NCBI GenBank assembly: GCA_030390025.1
Contig: CM059431.1
Coordinates: forward strand, 157,358,001-157,422,000
Reading direction: 5' to 3'
Source of the DNA: Squalus acanthias
Taxonomy: Eukaryota
DNA: 64,000 nt
Shown here: piece after piece, positions 10,734 through 22,896 of the stretch
Numbering within the stretch: the first letter of the stretch is position 1
How the letters are laid out: each line of letters begins with the position of its first letter
Translations under genes and position numbers: made by a program
The notes under the pieces: generated by a model
The model's input: the letters and a program-made list of their open reading frames with translations, nothing else
Told to the model about the DNA's origin: nothing
Databases searched by the model: none

Positions 10734-11987
10734 CTAAACATCAAAAGCGGAAAATTATAGAGCAAAAGAGTTTAACAAAATGACGGACCACAGCCCACAA
10801 TTGTAATCATTTGCATCCAGTCCAGTATGGTGCTGACCAATCATACAACTAAAGTAATAACATAAGAACGTAAAATATAGGAGCAGGAGTAGGCCATTTG
10901 GCCCCTCGAGACTGCTCCGCCATTCAATAAGGTCGTGGCTGATCTGATCCTGGCCTCAACTCCACATTCCCGCCCGCTCCCCATAAACCTTGACTCCCGT
11001 GTAGCTCAAATATCTGTCTTTTCCGTCTTGAATATATTCAATGACTCTGCCTCCACAGCTCTCTGGTGCAGAGAATTCCAAAGATTCACGACCGTCTGAG
11101 AGAAGAAGTTCCTCCTCATCTCCGTTTTATATAGGCGACCCCTTATTCTGAAACTGTGTCCCCTAGTTCTAGAGTTCCCCAAAAGGGGAAACATCCTCTC
11201 TGCATCAAACCTTACAAGCCCCCTCAGACTCTTATGTGTTTCAATAAGATCACCTCTCTTTCTTCTAAACTCCAATGAGTATAGGCACAACCTCCTCAAC
11301 CTTTCTTCATAAGACAACACCTTTATCTCAGGAATCAACCTCGTGAACCTTCTCTGAACTTCGTCCAATGCAAGTATAGCCCTCCTTAAATAAAGAGACC
11401 AAAAACTGCACGCATTACTCCAGATGTGGTCTCCCCAGCGCCCTGTACAGTTATAGCAAGACTTCCCTACTTTTACACTCCATCCCCCTTCCATTTAGGT
11501 CCAACATTGCATTTGCCTTCCTAATTATTGCTGTAACTGCATGCTAACTTTATGTGTTTCATGTACGAGGACCCCCAGATTCCTCTGTACCGCAGCATTT
11601 TGTAGTCTTTCTCCATTGAAATAATAATTTGCTTTTATATTCTCCCTACCAAAGTGGATAACCTCACATTTTCCCACATTGTACTCCAGCTGCCAAAATG
11701 TTGCCCACTCACATAACCCATCCATAACCCTTTGCAGACACTTTGTGTCCTCCTCACAACTTGCTTTCCCGCCTATCTTTGTATCATCAGCAAATTTGGC
11801 TACTGTATATTCGGTCCCTTCATCCAAGTCCTAAATATAGATTATAAATAGCTGAGGCCCAGGCACTGATCCCTGTGACACCCCACTAGTTATAGTTTGC
11901 CAACCTGAAAATGACCCATTTATCCCGACTCTCCGTTTTCTGTTAATTAGCCAACACTCTATGCATCCTAAAGTATTACCACCATCC

Positions 11988-13812
11988 CTGTGAGCTGTAT
12001 AGAGAACTGGTTGGCAGACAGGAAGCAAAGAGTAGGAATAAACGGTTCTTTTTCCGCATGGCAGGCAGTGACTAGTGGGGTACCGCAGGGATCGGTGCTA
12101 GGATCCCAGCTATTCACAATATATATTAATGATCTAGACGAGGGAACTAGATGTAATGGGCCAGAAATTCGGCTCTTGTCGGGTGAGTACGCGCTATGTA
12201 CTCACCCGTAAGGCCAACTGAAGTGCCGGTTTCCTGCTTGCACTGCGCATGCGAGGCAAACCGGAACTTCCGTTGCCCTGAAGGGAGGGGTTCAGAGGTG
12301 AAACGCGTGCGTGGGAGAGGCTGCACGCAGGCAGCGAACTTCGCTGTTTTTTTCAGGTTTATCCGGGAGGGTAAGTATGGAAAAGCTGCACTTTTAAATA
12401 GAAGGCGCAAATCCTGTTTTTTACAAGGTAAGTGGTTAATTAATTACAATTTAAACATTTTTTCAACAGGTTTACCTTTTTTAGATACTTTAAAGAAAGG
12501 AAGTTTATTTTTGCACCCTTAAAAAGTATAATAATTTTTTTCAAAAATTTATATTTTTGTGTAATTAGTTAATTTAAGAAACTTATAGTTATTTTAAAAA
12601 TGTCAGTAAAAAAAAAACATATATGAAGTTTATGTGTGCTTTTGGTGCAGATCTCTATTCATGGATTTGACAGGTCTTCCTGCCAAATCTATGAATGAAA
12701 ATGCCCTGTTAGGATTGGGTCTCCATGGCCCACGTGATCACAGGGGACGCTTCGAACTAACTGCGCCCCTGGGATGCGCAAGCACTGCACGCCGGCAGCT
12801 GCAGGAGGGCCAGGACCCGAAGTCCTCGTGTGCCCAAAGCACAACAGCAGATGCGGTAGGCATGTATGCGCGTGATTCCTGCACCCGCAGGAAGCCAGAA
12901 AGCCGAATTTCCGACCCAATATCTCTAAGTTTGCAGACGTGAGCGTGTGTGCTGTGAGGAGGATGCAGAGAAACTCCAGTATGATTTGAACAGGTTGTGT
13001 GATTGGGCAGATGCATGGCAGATGCAGTATAATGTGGATAAATGCGAGGTTATCCACTTTGCTGGCAAAAACAGGAAGACAGATTATTATCTGAACCGCA
13101 ATAGATTGGGAAAAGGGGAAGTGTAACGAGATCTGGGAGTCCATGTGCACCAGTCGCTGAAGGTAAGCATGCAGGTGCAGCAGTCGGTTAAGAAGGCAAA
13201 TGGTATGTTGGCCTTCATAGCGAGAGGATACGAGTACAGGAGCAAGGATGTCTTGTTGTAGTTGTACAAGGCTTTGGTGAGACCACACTTTGAGTATTGT
13301 GTGCAGTGTTGGTCGGCTTATCTGAGGAAGGATGTTCCTGGGATGGCAGGAATGACGTATGAACAGAGATTTAGTCGATTAGGCTTATATTCGCTGGAGT
13401 TTAGAAGAATGAGAGGGGATCTCATTGAAACTTATAAAATTCTAACAGGACTAGGCAGACTAGTTGCAGGAAGGGTGTTCCCGATGGCGGGGAAGTCCAG
13501 AACCAGAGGACACAGTCTAAGGATAAGGGGTAAGCCATTTAGGACTGAGATGAGGTGGAATTTCTTCACCCAGAGAGTGATGAACCTGTGGAATTCCCTG
13601 CCACAGAAGGCAGTTGAGGCCAATTCATTAAATATAATCAAGAAGGACATACATATATTTCTTAAAGTTAAAGGGATCAAGCGATATTGGGAGAAAGCAG
13701 GGACAGGGTACTGAATTTGGATGATCAGCCATGATCTCATTAAATGGCGGAGCAGGCTCGAGGGGCCGAATGGCCTACTCCTGCTCCTATCTTCTATGCT
13801 TCTATTCTTCTG
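11988..13812 (+). mobile_element. 5'-truncated CR1 LINE nested in opposite orientation, itself carrying a MITE
   Basis: ORF 11990 ([10 protein letters not shown]) and ORF 13262-13714; near-identical to 53750-54850. Confidence 0.93.
12158..12917 (+). mobile_element. MITE (PIF/Harbinger-type), 3-bp TSD AAT
   Basis: TIRs gggccagaaattcggct / agccgaatttccgaccc flanked by aat...aat; homologous CR1 at ~53900 (actagatgtaatatctctaag) shows the empty site with one AAT. Confidence 0.9.
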
Positions 13813-14439
13813 TTCTTATCTGGTGCAGTAACCTTTTATGTGGCACCTGATCGAATGCCTTCTGGAGATCCAAATACACTACATCTACTGTTTCCCCTTT
13901 TTCCATCCTGCTCGTGACATCCTCAAAGAACTCTAGTCAATTTGTCAAACACGGTTTCCCTTTCATAAAACCATGTTGACTGCCTCATTGTATTATGATT
14001 TTCTAAATGTCCTGCTATGTCTTCCTTAGTGATGGATTCCAGCATTTTTCCAATGACAGATCTTATACTAACTGGCCTGTAATTTCCTGCTCTCTGTCTC
14101 CCTCCTTTCTTGAATAAGGGAGTTACATTTGTGGTTCTCCAATCCGTTGGGACCTTTCTAGAATCCAGGGAATTTTGGTAGATTACAACCAATGCATCCA
14201 CTATCTCTGCAGCCACTTATTTTAAGACCCAAGAATGCAGGCCATCGGGTCCAATGGACTTGTTAGCCGTTAGTCCTATTCGTTTTCCTAGTACTTCTTT
14301 TTATCTACTGATAGTGATTGGTTTAAGTTCCTTCATCCCTATAACTCCTTGATTATCAATTATTATTGGGATGCTTTTATTGTTTTCCAGCGTGAAGACC
14401 GATAAAAAAATATTTGTTCAAATTCTCTGCCATTTCCCT

Positions 14440-15110
14440 GGAGCATGAGACTCTATGAACGTTTATATCCTGAAATAAGTGTAACAACAGCACGCGATTT
14501 CAAGAGAGAAGAGTGAAGTGCGTGACAGTGTCTTCAGCCAAAATGGCCAAGTGGATGATTCTATTGGGAATCATCGAGATTTTGCCTCACTCATACAGTC
14601 ATTACCTGCAATTTCAGTTCCATCCACTTGATGTTAAGAAGCAGAAGAATGCACAGAACACAGTGAATACTTTTGGTTTTGACTACATACCACCATTAGC
14701 TGTAGAAGGGCTCAACTTCATAACTAGCTCTCCCCACCCCAAGCCAAGCTAATCTAGTGCATCTGACATGGCATCTGATGGACAATATACAAGGATGACC
14801 AGCTGTGTCCTAACCAAAAATTCAACAACAGACTGTATCCTGCCAATTACTGACGTATCAACTGCCTTATAATTATCAGCAAAGCGATGGATGGACTAAT
14901 CAATAGAGCCATCAAACAACATTCACTCATCAATAACCTGCTTTCCGATATTCAATTCGGGTGGTGCCTGAAATGATCGGTTCTGGATTTTTTCACTGAT
15001 GCAAGATTTGAATGCCGGAGAACAGGAGACCGTACCTCATCTCGACAACAAAGGCTGCATTTCACCCGGTTTTGTGTCCTGATTTCAATGAGATTGAAAC
15101 GGCAAAACAC
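14440..15110 (+). mobile_element. Very old CR1/L2-group LINE fragment, duplicated with the locus
   Basis: gtcttcagccaaaatggccaagtggatgatt resembles 41347 (atcttcagccagaagtgccgagtggatgtt); paralogous to 44560-44793 plus 47398-47830 and to 50400-50640. Confidence 0.6.
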
Positions 15111-15459
15111 CCGTAGCTTGAAACTTTGGTACTCGGTGAAAGTTAGTAGTTGCGTTTTGTGCTCAAAAGTCTCTAACTCTAAATTTTTCGTCGTAACGTT
15201 GTCATAGAAGAGAAATTATTTAAATACTATTTACAGCCGCAGAACGTCAGCGGCTGTGTATGTATTTGGAAGTTTTACTCCGTTAATGACACTGCTTCCA
15301 GTAAACTGATTTCTGAAAAAAGCAATCCTTTCTTACCCCATCCCCTATGTATAATATAAAGTTTCACTATCATTGAAGATCGACAGAATTCAACGGCGAT
15401 ATGTCCATTCCCGTAAATTAGAACCCAGTAATTGTGCTCAGTATATTTCGGGTCCTTAC

Positions 15460-15830
15460 CTTGTGCTGCGTATCCTGATTCTGGTTCCAGGGAGTCTGGC
15501 TAAATTAGCGTTGTGCGTTCTGCAGGATAATGAACACACCCTGGGTAAAGCTCAGTTGCACACAAAGTCATAAATCCGACCTTCAGTCTGAGCAGTACTA
15601 TCCCTGCCCGCCTTTTCTCTGGAGCAAGTTTCGATCGGAATGAAACCCAGTCTCATTAGGATTAAAGTGTTCTGATAAATTACGAATATTTTCATTATAA
15701 GTCATAAATTATGTCTGTGATAACAATGGTTACTCTGCGATTCTGATTACTTTGCAGGGAAATTGGTTTATCTATCTGGATTCAGTTTCGTGTCCTCGAT
15801 TCGACTTTATTTCTCACCATTTAAACTGTT
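15460..15830 (-). pseudogene. IgV-like exon, copy 1 (acceptor removed by CR1 insertion)
   Basis: Consensus donor CAAG|gtaagg; clear nucleotide paralog of 33717-34115 and 48188-48582; phase-1 end joins the (D)YSKP exon. Confidence 0.5.
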
Positions 15831-15831
15831 A

Positions 15832-18800
15832 TTGAGAGATTACTGAGACGTGGCTACAGCAATAGTCATGACTGGGAATTAACCATTGCCTTGCGCAACA
15901 TATATAGAAAAGATAGAGAGGGAAAAGTGGAGGTGGAGTACCTGTACTTATTGGAGATACATTAATGGCAGTAGAAAAAGTGACGTAGCCATCAGTAAGA
16001 GATAAAATGAATTCACTTGGATAGAGATAAAATATAATAAAGGATCAGTCACATTAACAGTGGTAGCCTACAGACCACCTAATAGTGGAAGGGAGAAGGT
16101 GAAAGAAATATGCAAATACATTAGGGAAATGAGTGAAAAGATAGAGGGGCAGAAATTCGGCTGTTGTCCGGTGAGGACGCACTGTGTACTCACCCGTAGG
16201 TACAACGAAAGTGCCGGTTTCTTGCATGTACTGCGCATGCGCGGGAAATTGGCACTTCCGTCCCCCTGAAGGAAGGACTTCAGAGGTCGAACGCGCACGC
16301 CAGAGGGCCAGCGCGTTCGCCTCGCACTTCGGTTTTTTTTTACAGGTATCTCCGTGAAGGTAAGCACGGAGAAGATACACTTTTAAAAAGGAGGCGCAAG
16401 GCCTTTTTTATCAAGGTAAGTGTTGATTTTATTAAAAATTAAAAAAACATTTCACAGATTTATCTTTTTTAATGACTTTAAAGAAATGTAAGTTTAGTTT
16501 TAGCCCCGTTAAAAAATGTAATTAATTTATTCAAAAATTTAAATTTTTGTTTATAATAGTTAATGAATGTAATTTATAGTTATTTTTAAAATGTTATGGT
16601 TTTTTTAATTTATTTGTAGTTTTAGGGATGTTTTGGGGCCGATCTGTATTCATAGATTTGACAGGTCTTCATGTCAAATCTATGAATGAAAGATGGTCTG
16701 CTGCCATTGTCTATCCATGGCCCACGTGATCCAAGGGGACGCATCGCACTGACTACGCCCCTGGCATAAACAAGTACTGCACGCCGGCAGTTGGAGGAGG
16801 CCCAGGAACCGAAGTCCCCGTGGGCCCAGAGGTCAACGGCAGGCATGGTAGATAGGTGCGTGCGCGATCCTTGCACCCGCGGGAAGCCAGGGAGCCGAAT
16901 TTCTGGCCCAGAATAATAATCATGGGGGATTTCAACTACACGGAAATTAATGGGCCAGATGAGGGAGATAAATAGGATAAGTGAATGGAACCCCGACAAT
17001 GTGTATAGGATTCCATTAAAACCATTATGTAAGAAGTCCAACAAGGGAGGATTCGCTACTGGAATGAACTTGGGCAAATAGGATAAGTAAAAGTAAGGGA
17101 ACATCGGGACAATCGTGGACATAACATAATATATTTTAAGATAATAATTGAGAAGGTCATAAGCAATAGAATGAAGAAAAGCTGATTTTGAGGGGCTGAG
17201 CTTGGAAAATAAAATGGACAACAATATTGGCAAACAAAAATGTAGTACATTAATGGGAAGCATTTAAATGTCGTTCAGCACAATCTAGGAAATATATATT
17301 CCTCTAAAAAGCAAGAACCAAAAAACAGTAATGATACACCATGGATGAATAATGATGAAGGGTACAATTGAGGTTAAGGAAAGAACCATACTCTAATTAC
17401 ATGGACAGCAGTAGAAAGCATGACAAGCGAAATATGAAAAAAAGGGATAAATCTAAAAACTATTAGAATGACAAAGAGGAACTTTCAAACTATTGTATAA
17501 CGGAACATATAAAAGCAAAATATTCTCCAGGCATGTAAATGAAAAAAAAGGAATGTTGGGATGGCAATAGAGCCATCAAAGGCTGGACAGGTGAAACTCA
17601 AATGCAGCGATAGCGAAATGGCAGAAATATTAAATCATTACTTTGCGTCAGTAATTACAGGGAGACATAATCAAGAGAAGAGATAGATGAGGTACGATTA
17701 CCCATATTGAGTAATTCGTTAGGAAAAGGTGTAGTGCCAAAGGACGGGTGGAGAGCTAACGTTATACCTCTATTTAAGAAGGGAGTTAGAACATGTACAG
17801 GGAACTATAGACAAATCAGCTTCACATTGGTGGCAGGAAATATAATGGAATCCATGTTAAAATGAAAATAGAAAAACATCTTTAAAGCAAATATAAATAC
17901 TCAGCATAGATTTCTAAAGGGAAATTCTTGCTTGGCCAATCTCATGAAATATTTCGAAAAGGTAACAGAGAGCGTAGAAAGGGGTAAGTCAGTACATGTA
18001 ATATATCTAGCTTTCCAAAAGGCCTTCGTTAAGGAACCACGTAATAAAATAATGAATAATGTTAGAGCATGTGGAGTCAGGGGAGTTGTAGCTCAATTTA
18101 TAGCTAGCTGGCTGCAAGATAGAAAGCAGGCAATGGGGTAAAAGTTAAATATTCAGCGTGGCAGAAAGTGGGAAGTCGGACCCGACAGACCAGTGCTGAC
18201 ACCACGGTTTTCAAAATTTATATTGGCGATTTGGACTTTGGAATCTAAAACAACATTTCCTAATTTGGAAACAACAAATTGGTGGGTGGGGATAGTCAAA
18301 GCTCAGGAGCAGTGCAATAAATTATAAGAAGACATTAATAAACTTGCAGACTGGGCATTTAATTGGCAAATTAATTACAACAGAAAAAGTGTGAGGTATT
18401 AAATGCTGGAAAGCAAAATAAGGTGGTCACATATTACTTGGGAAATACAATCTGAACGCGGCAGAGCTGCAAAGGGATCTGGGAATGAAAATACACAAAT
18501 CATTTAAAAGTAACGACCCAGGTTAATAATGCCTTAAAAATCAAACTAAGTATTAGGGGTTATTTCCAGAGGGATAGAATTGTAGAGAAGTTATGTTAAA
18601 CTTGTATTGAACCGCAGTTATACCACACTTGTGTACTGTGCACAAATCTGGTCGCCATTTTATAAAAAAAGATATAGAGGCACATGAGGGGGACCAAAGA
18701 GATTTACAAGTATGATACCAGATATACATATCAGGAAAGTATGAACAGGCTGGGTTTCTTTTCTATTGAAACGAGAAGGCGGAGGGATAACCTAATTGAG

Positions 18801-19140
18801 TTCTTTAAAATTAGGAAAGGTTTTGATAGAGTAGATACAGAGAGAGTGCGTCCACTTGTTAGGAAGAGAAAAAGTAGAGGCCATCAATATAAGATGGCCA
18901 ACAAGAAATCAAAAAGGGAAATTCAAAAGAAAGGTATTCACCTAGAGAGTGGTGAGAATGTTGAACTCACTAACTCAGGGAGTGGTTGAGTCGAGTAGTA
19001 TAGATGCTTTAAAGCTGAAGCTAGATAAGCATGGGAGGGAGAAGGGAATTGAGTGTTTGCTGCTGGAGTTAGATAAGGAAATATGGGCGGAGGTTTGAAT
19101 GGAGCATAAACACTAGCATAGACTGGTTGGGCCGAATCCT
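15832..19140 (+). mobile_element. Old CR1 LINE ORF2 (endonuclease to 3' end), heavily mutated
   Basis: attactgagacgtggcta (ITETWL), VAYRPPNSG, IIIMGDFNY; ORFs 17932 and 18684. Confidence 0.9.
16146..16909 (+). mobile_element. MITE (PIF/Harbinger-type), 3-bp TSD AGA
   Basis: TIRs ggggcagaaattcggct / agccgaatttctggccc flanked by aga...aga inside CR1 endonuclease sequence; close relative of 12158-12917. Confidence 0.9.
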
Positions 19141-20078
19141 TTAACTGGATGTAGGCGTCGTTGGTAAGGCCAGCATTTATTGCCCATTGCTGATTTCCCT
19201 TGGGGAGTAAGGAGGTGAGAGACTCATCGCAGACCAACCAGCCTCTGATCTGCTCTTGTTGCCACGGTATTTGTGTGGCTGGTCCACTAAAGATTCGATC
19301 TATGGTGACCGCCCGGATGTTAATGGTGGGGGATTCGGCCATCGTAATGCCGTTGAATGTCAAGGGGAGGTGGTTTGCCACTTTCTTGTTGTAGATTGTC
19401 AGTTCCTGGCACTTTTGTGACGCAAATGTTACTTTTCACTTATCGGCATATACATACTGTTGCAACAAGTGCAGTTTGCAGGCTAGGTATTCTGTGAGGA
19501 GTGTGTCACCTCCTGACTCCCAAAGGCTTTCCACCATCTACACGGCAAAAGTCAGGAGTGTGATGGAATACTCTTCACTTGCACGAATGAGTGCAGCTCC
19601 AACAACACTCAATAAGCTCGACACCATTCAGGACAATGCAGCACTCATGATTGGTACCCCATCCACCACCTTAAACATTCACTTCCTCCACCCTCGGCGT
19701 ACCGTGGCTGCAGTGTATAACATCTACAAGATGCACTGCAGCGACTCGCAAAGGCATCTTCAACAGCACCGCCAAAAATCCGCGACCTCTGTCACCTAAA
19801 GGACAAGGGCAGCAGGCGCATGAGAACACCACCACCTCCAAGTTCCCCTCAAAGTCACACACGATCCTGACTTGGAAGAATATCGCTGATCCTTCATTCT
19901 CGCTTGATCACAATTCTGGAACTCCCGCCCTGACCTCACTGTGGGAGTACCCACACCACGTGGACTGAAGCGGTTCAAGAAGGCGGCTCACCACCAGCTT
20001 CTCAAGGGCAATTGCGGATGGGCAAACAATGTTGACCTTGCCAGCGACGCACACATCCAATGAATGAATTAAAAAAAA
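19140..20078. mobile_element. Two divergently oriented 3' fragments of the CR1/L2-group LINE
   Basis: 19140-19445 minus (LPLTFNGITMAESPTINI) and 19455-20078 plus (VRSVMEYSSLA...LDTIQD); both end in a gggcaataaatgctggcctt-like tail. Confidence 0.8.
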
Positions 20079-20079
20079 C

Positions 20080-20604
20080 AGTGGGCCAGAGTAAATTTTC
20101 CATTAGACCTGTAGAATGTCAGAGTACCTGCTCTACTCAGGCAGTACACTGGGCTATTGAATCCGTAGATGGTCAGAGTACCTGGGCTATTGAGTCTGAA
20201 GAGGGGCAGGGTAGGCTGGCTATATGGAATTTCGGATTACCCTGGGAGATTGAAGCTGTATATTTTCAGAATTGGGCCTTTGGAAGTTCAGAGCCATCTG
20301 GGCTATTCGTCCAGTAACGGGTCAGAGTACACTCGGCTATGCAGAGTGTCAGAGTACTCTGGAATATACAGAAGTTACGATTATGCTGGGATAGTGGAGG
20401 TTTCGAACATTAGAGACCCTGTGATCTTGGGCCTTTAGATTGTCTGAGGTCCCACAACTATTGAACCACTATGTAGTCAGAGTAGTTGAGCTGCTTGGCT
20501 TGTAAAGTTTCAAATAACCCTTAGATATACGGCCTGTAAAATGGCAGAGTAACCTGTGCTAAGCAAATATTTAGAGTACCCTGGGCTATTGAGCCAGCAG
20601 AGGA
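20080..20604 (+). repeat. Degenerate ~33-bp minisatellite, left part
   Basis: Recurrent cagagtacctgggctattgag.ctgtagagggt-like unit. Confidence 0.8.
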
Positions 20605-20617
20605 TCATAGAGTCATA

Positions 20618-22896
20618 GGTTATACATAGATACATAGATACATAGAAGATAGGAGCAGGAGTAGGCCATCCGGCCCTTCGAGCCTGCTCCGCCATTTAAT
20701 GAGATCATGGCTGATCCTCCAATTCAGTATCCCGTCCCCGCCTTCTCTCCGTAACCCTTAACCCCTTTTGCCTGTAGAAATACATCTAATTCCCTCTTAA
20801 ATATATTTAATGAGCTGGCGTACACTGCCCTCTGTGGCAATGAGTTCCACAGGTTCACCACCCTCTGAGTGAAGAAATTCCCCCTCATTTCTGTCCTAAA
20901 TGGTTTAGCCCTTATCCTTAAATTATGTCCTCTAGTTCTGTTCTCACCCGCCAAGGGAAACATTCCTTCTGCATCTAGTCTGTATGGACCTGTCAGAATT
21001 TTATACACTTCTATGAGGTCCCCTCTCAATCTTCTAAACTCCAGTGTGTACATCCCTAAACTACATAGTCTCTCCTCATAGGTCAATCCCGCCATTCCTG
21101 GTATCAGCCTGGTGAATCGCCGCTGCACCCCCTCCATGGCAAGAACATCTTTCCTCAGATGAGGCGACCAAAACTGTACACAGTACTCGAGGTGTGGTCT
21201 CACCAGTGCCCTGTACAGCTGCAGCAAGGTATCCCTGTTCCTGTATTCCAACCCTTTTGCTATGAAGGCCAGCATACCGTTTGCCTTCTTGATCGCCTGT
21301 TGCACCTGCATGCTCGCCTTCAGTGACTGGTGTACAAGAACACCCAGGTCTCTCTGTACTTCCCCCTCTCCCAATTTATTGCCATTTAAATAATAATTTG
21401 CCCTCCCGTTCCTGCACCCAAGGTGGATAACTTCGCACTTGTCCACATTATAGTGCATCTGCCATTTATCCGCCCAATCACCCAGTCTGTCCAAATCGCT
21501 CTGGAGCTTCCTGGTCTCCTCCTTTGAGCCCACCCCCCCTCCTAGTTTAGTGTCGTCTGCAAATTTGGAAATGCTGCATCCGACTCCCTGATCCAGGTCA
21601 TTAATGTAAATTGTGAACAGCTGGGGACCCAGGACAGATCCCTGTGGTACCCCACTTGTTACTGCCTGCCATTCAGAAAATGAGCCGTTTATTCCAACTC
21701 TCTGTTTTCTATCTGACAGCCAGTTCTCTATCCACGTCAATACTTTCCCCTTTATCCCATGAGCTTCAATTTTCCCTGCTAATCTTTTATGTGGGACCTT
21801 ATCGAAGGCCTTTTGGAAGTCCAGGTACACCACATCTACTGGCTCTCCCCCATCTATTTTACCAGTTACTCCCTCAAAAAATTCCAATAGATTAGTCAAG
21901 CACGATTTACCCTTTGTAAATCCATGTTGACTCTGTCCTATCCTGTCCCCATTTGCTAAGTGCTCCGCTATTTCATCCTTAATGATGGACTCCAGCATTT
22001 TGCCCACAACTGATGTAAGGCTTACAGGTCTGTAATTACCTGCTTTTTCCCTACCCCCCTTTTTGAATAGTGGGGTAACGTTAGCTACCCTCCAATCCAT
22101 GGGCACTGTTCCCGAGTCTAATGAATTCTGAAAAATCATACTTAGTGCATCCGCTATCTCTAGGGCCACCTCCTTCAGCACCCTAGGATGCATGTTATCA
22201 GGCCCTGGGGATTTGTCCGCCTTCAATCCCTTTAGCTTCCTTAACACCATATCCTTAGAGATATTGACTTGCGTCAGTTCCTCCTTTGCAAATGTCCCTA
22301 TTTTTCCCAATATCCCAGGGAGGTTTTTTGTGTCTTCCTTCGTAAAGACTGACCCAAAGTATGCATTTAGTTGGTCTGCCATTTCCTTATTTCCCGTTAT
22401 ATATTCCCCCGTATCTGACTGCAATGGGCCAACTTTGGTTTTCACCAGTCTTTTCCTCTTGATATACTTATAAAAGCTTTTGGAGTTAGTTTTTATATTT
22501 TCCGCCAGCTTGCTTTCGTAAGCTATTTTGCCCCTCTTGATTAAGCCCTTTGTCCTCCTTTGCTCTATCTTAAACTGTTCCCAATCTTCCGCTCTGGCGC
22601 TTTTTTTGGCTATTTTATACGCCCTATCTTTGGATTTTATGCTGTCTCTAATTTCCCCTGTTATCCACGGTTGAGTCACCTTTTTAGATTTCCTTTTATG
22701 CCAGATTGGTATAAACAATTTTTGCAATTTTGTCATTCTATCTTTAAATGCTTGCCATTGTTTATCTACCTCCAGTCCTCCCAGGAACGTTGTCCAATCA
22801 GACCTACTCAGTTCCCGTCTAATGGCATCATAATTCCCCTTGTTTAAATTCAGGACCTTAGTATCTGAGTCAATTTCTTCGCTCTCCATTTCGAGT
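20618..22896 (-). mobile_element. Young 5'-truncated CR1 LINE with uninterrupted 721-aa ORF2 portion (complete RT domain)
   Basis: ORF 20724-22889: [45 protein letters not shown]; (atacatag)n tail at 20622-20645; tcatagagtcata on both flanks. Confidence 0.97.

Larger units (their letters stand above)
10861..14440 (-). mobile_element. CR1 LINE (RT to 3' end), interrupted at ~11988-13812 by another CR1
   Basis: ORFs 11006-11494, 11525-11827 (AKFADDTKIGG) and 13923-14216 (NVTPLFKKGGRQRAGNYRPVS); 3' tail at 10861-10920. Confidence 0.93.
313..15830 (-). pseudogene. Decayed multi-exon gene: IgV - IgC (B7-like) - Ig - TM(Arg) - cytoplasmic exons - CARD/death-fold-like domain; probably continues beyond position 1
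   Basis: Series of minus-strand segments bounded by pyrimidine-tract AG acceptors and GT donors, with largely compatible phases (Ig and TM exons phase 1-1, death-fold exons 1-0 and 0-0). Several carry stops, frameshifts or TE insertions. Domain identities recognised by eye. Confidence 0.6.
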
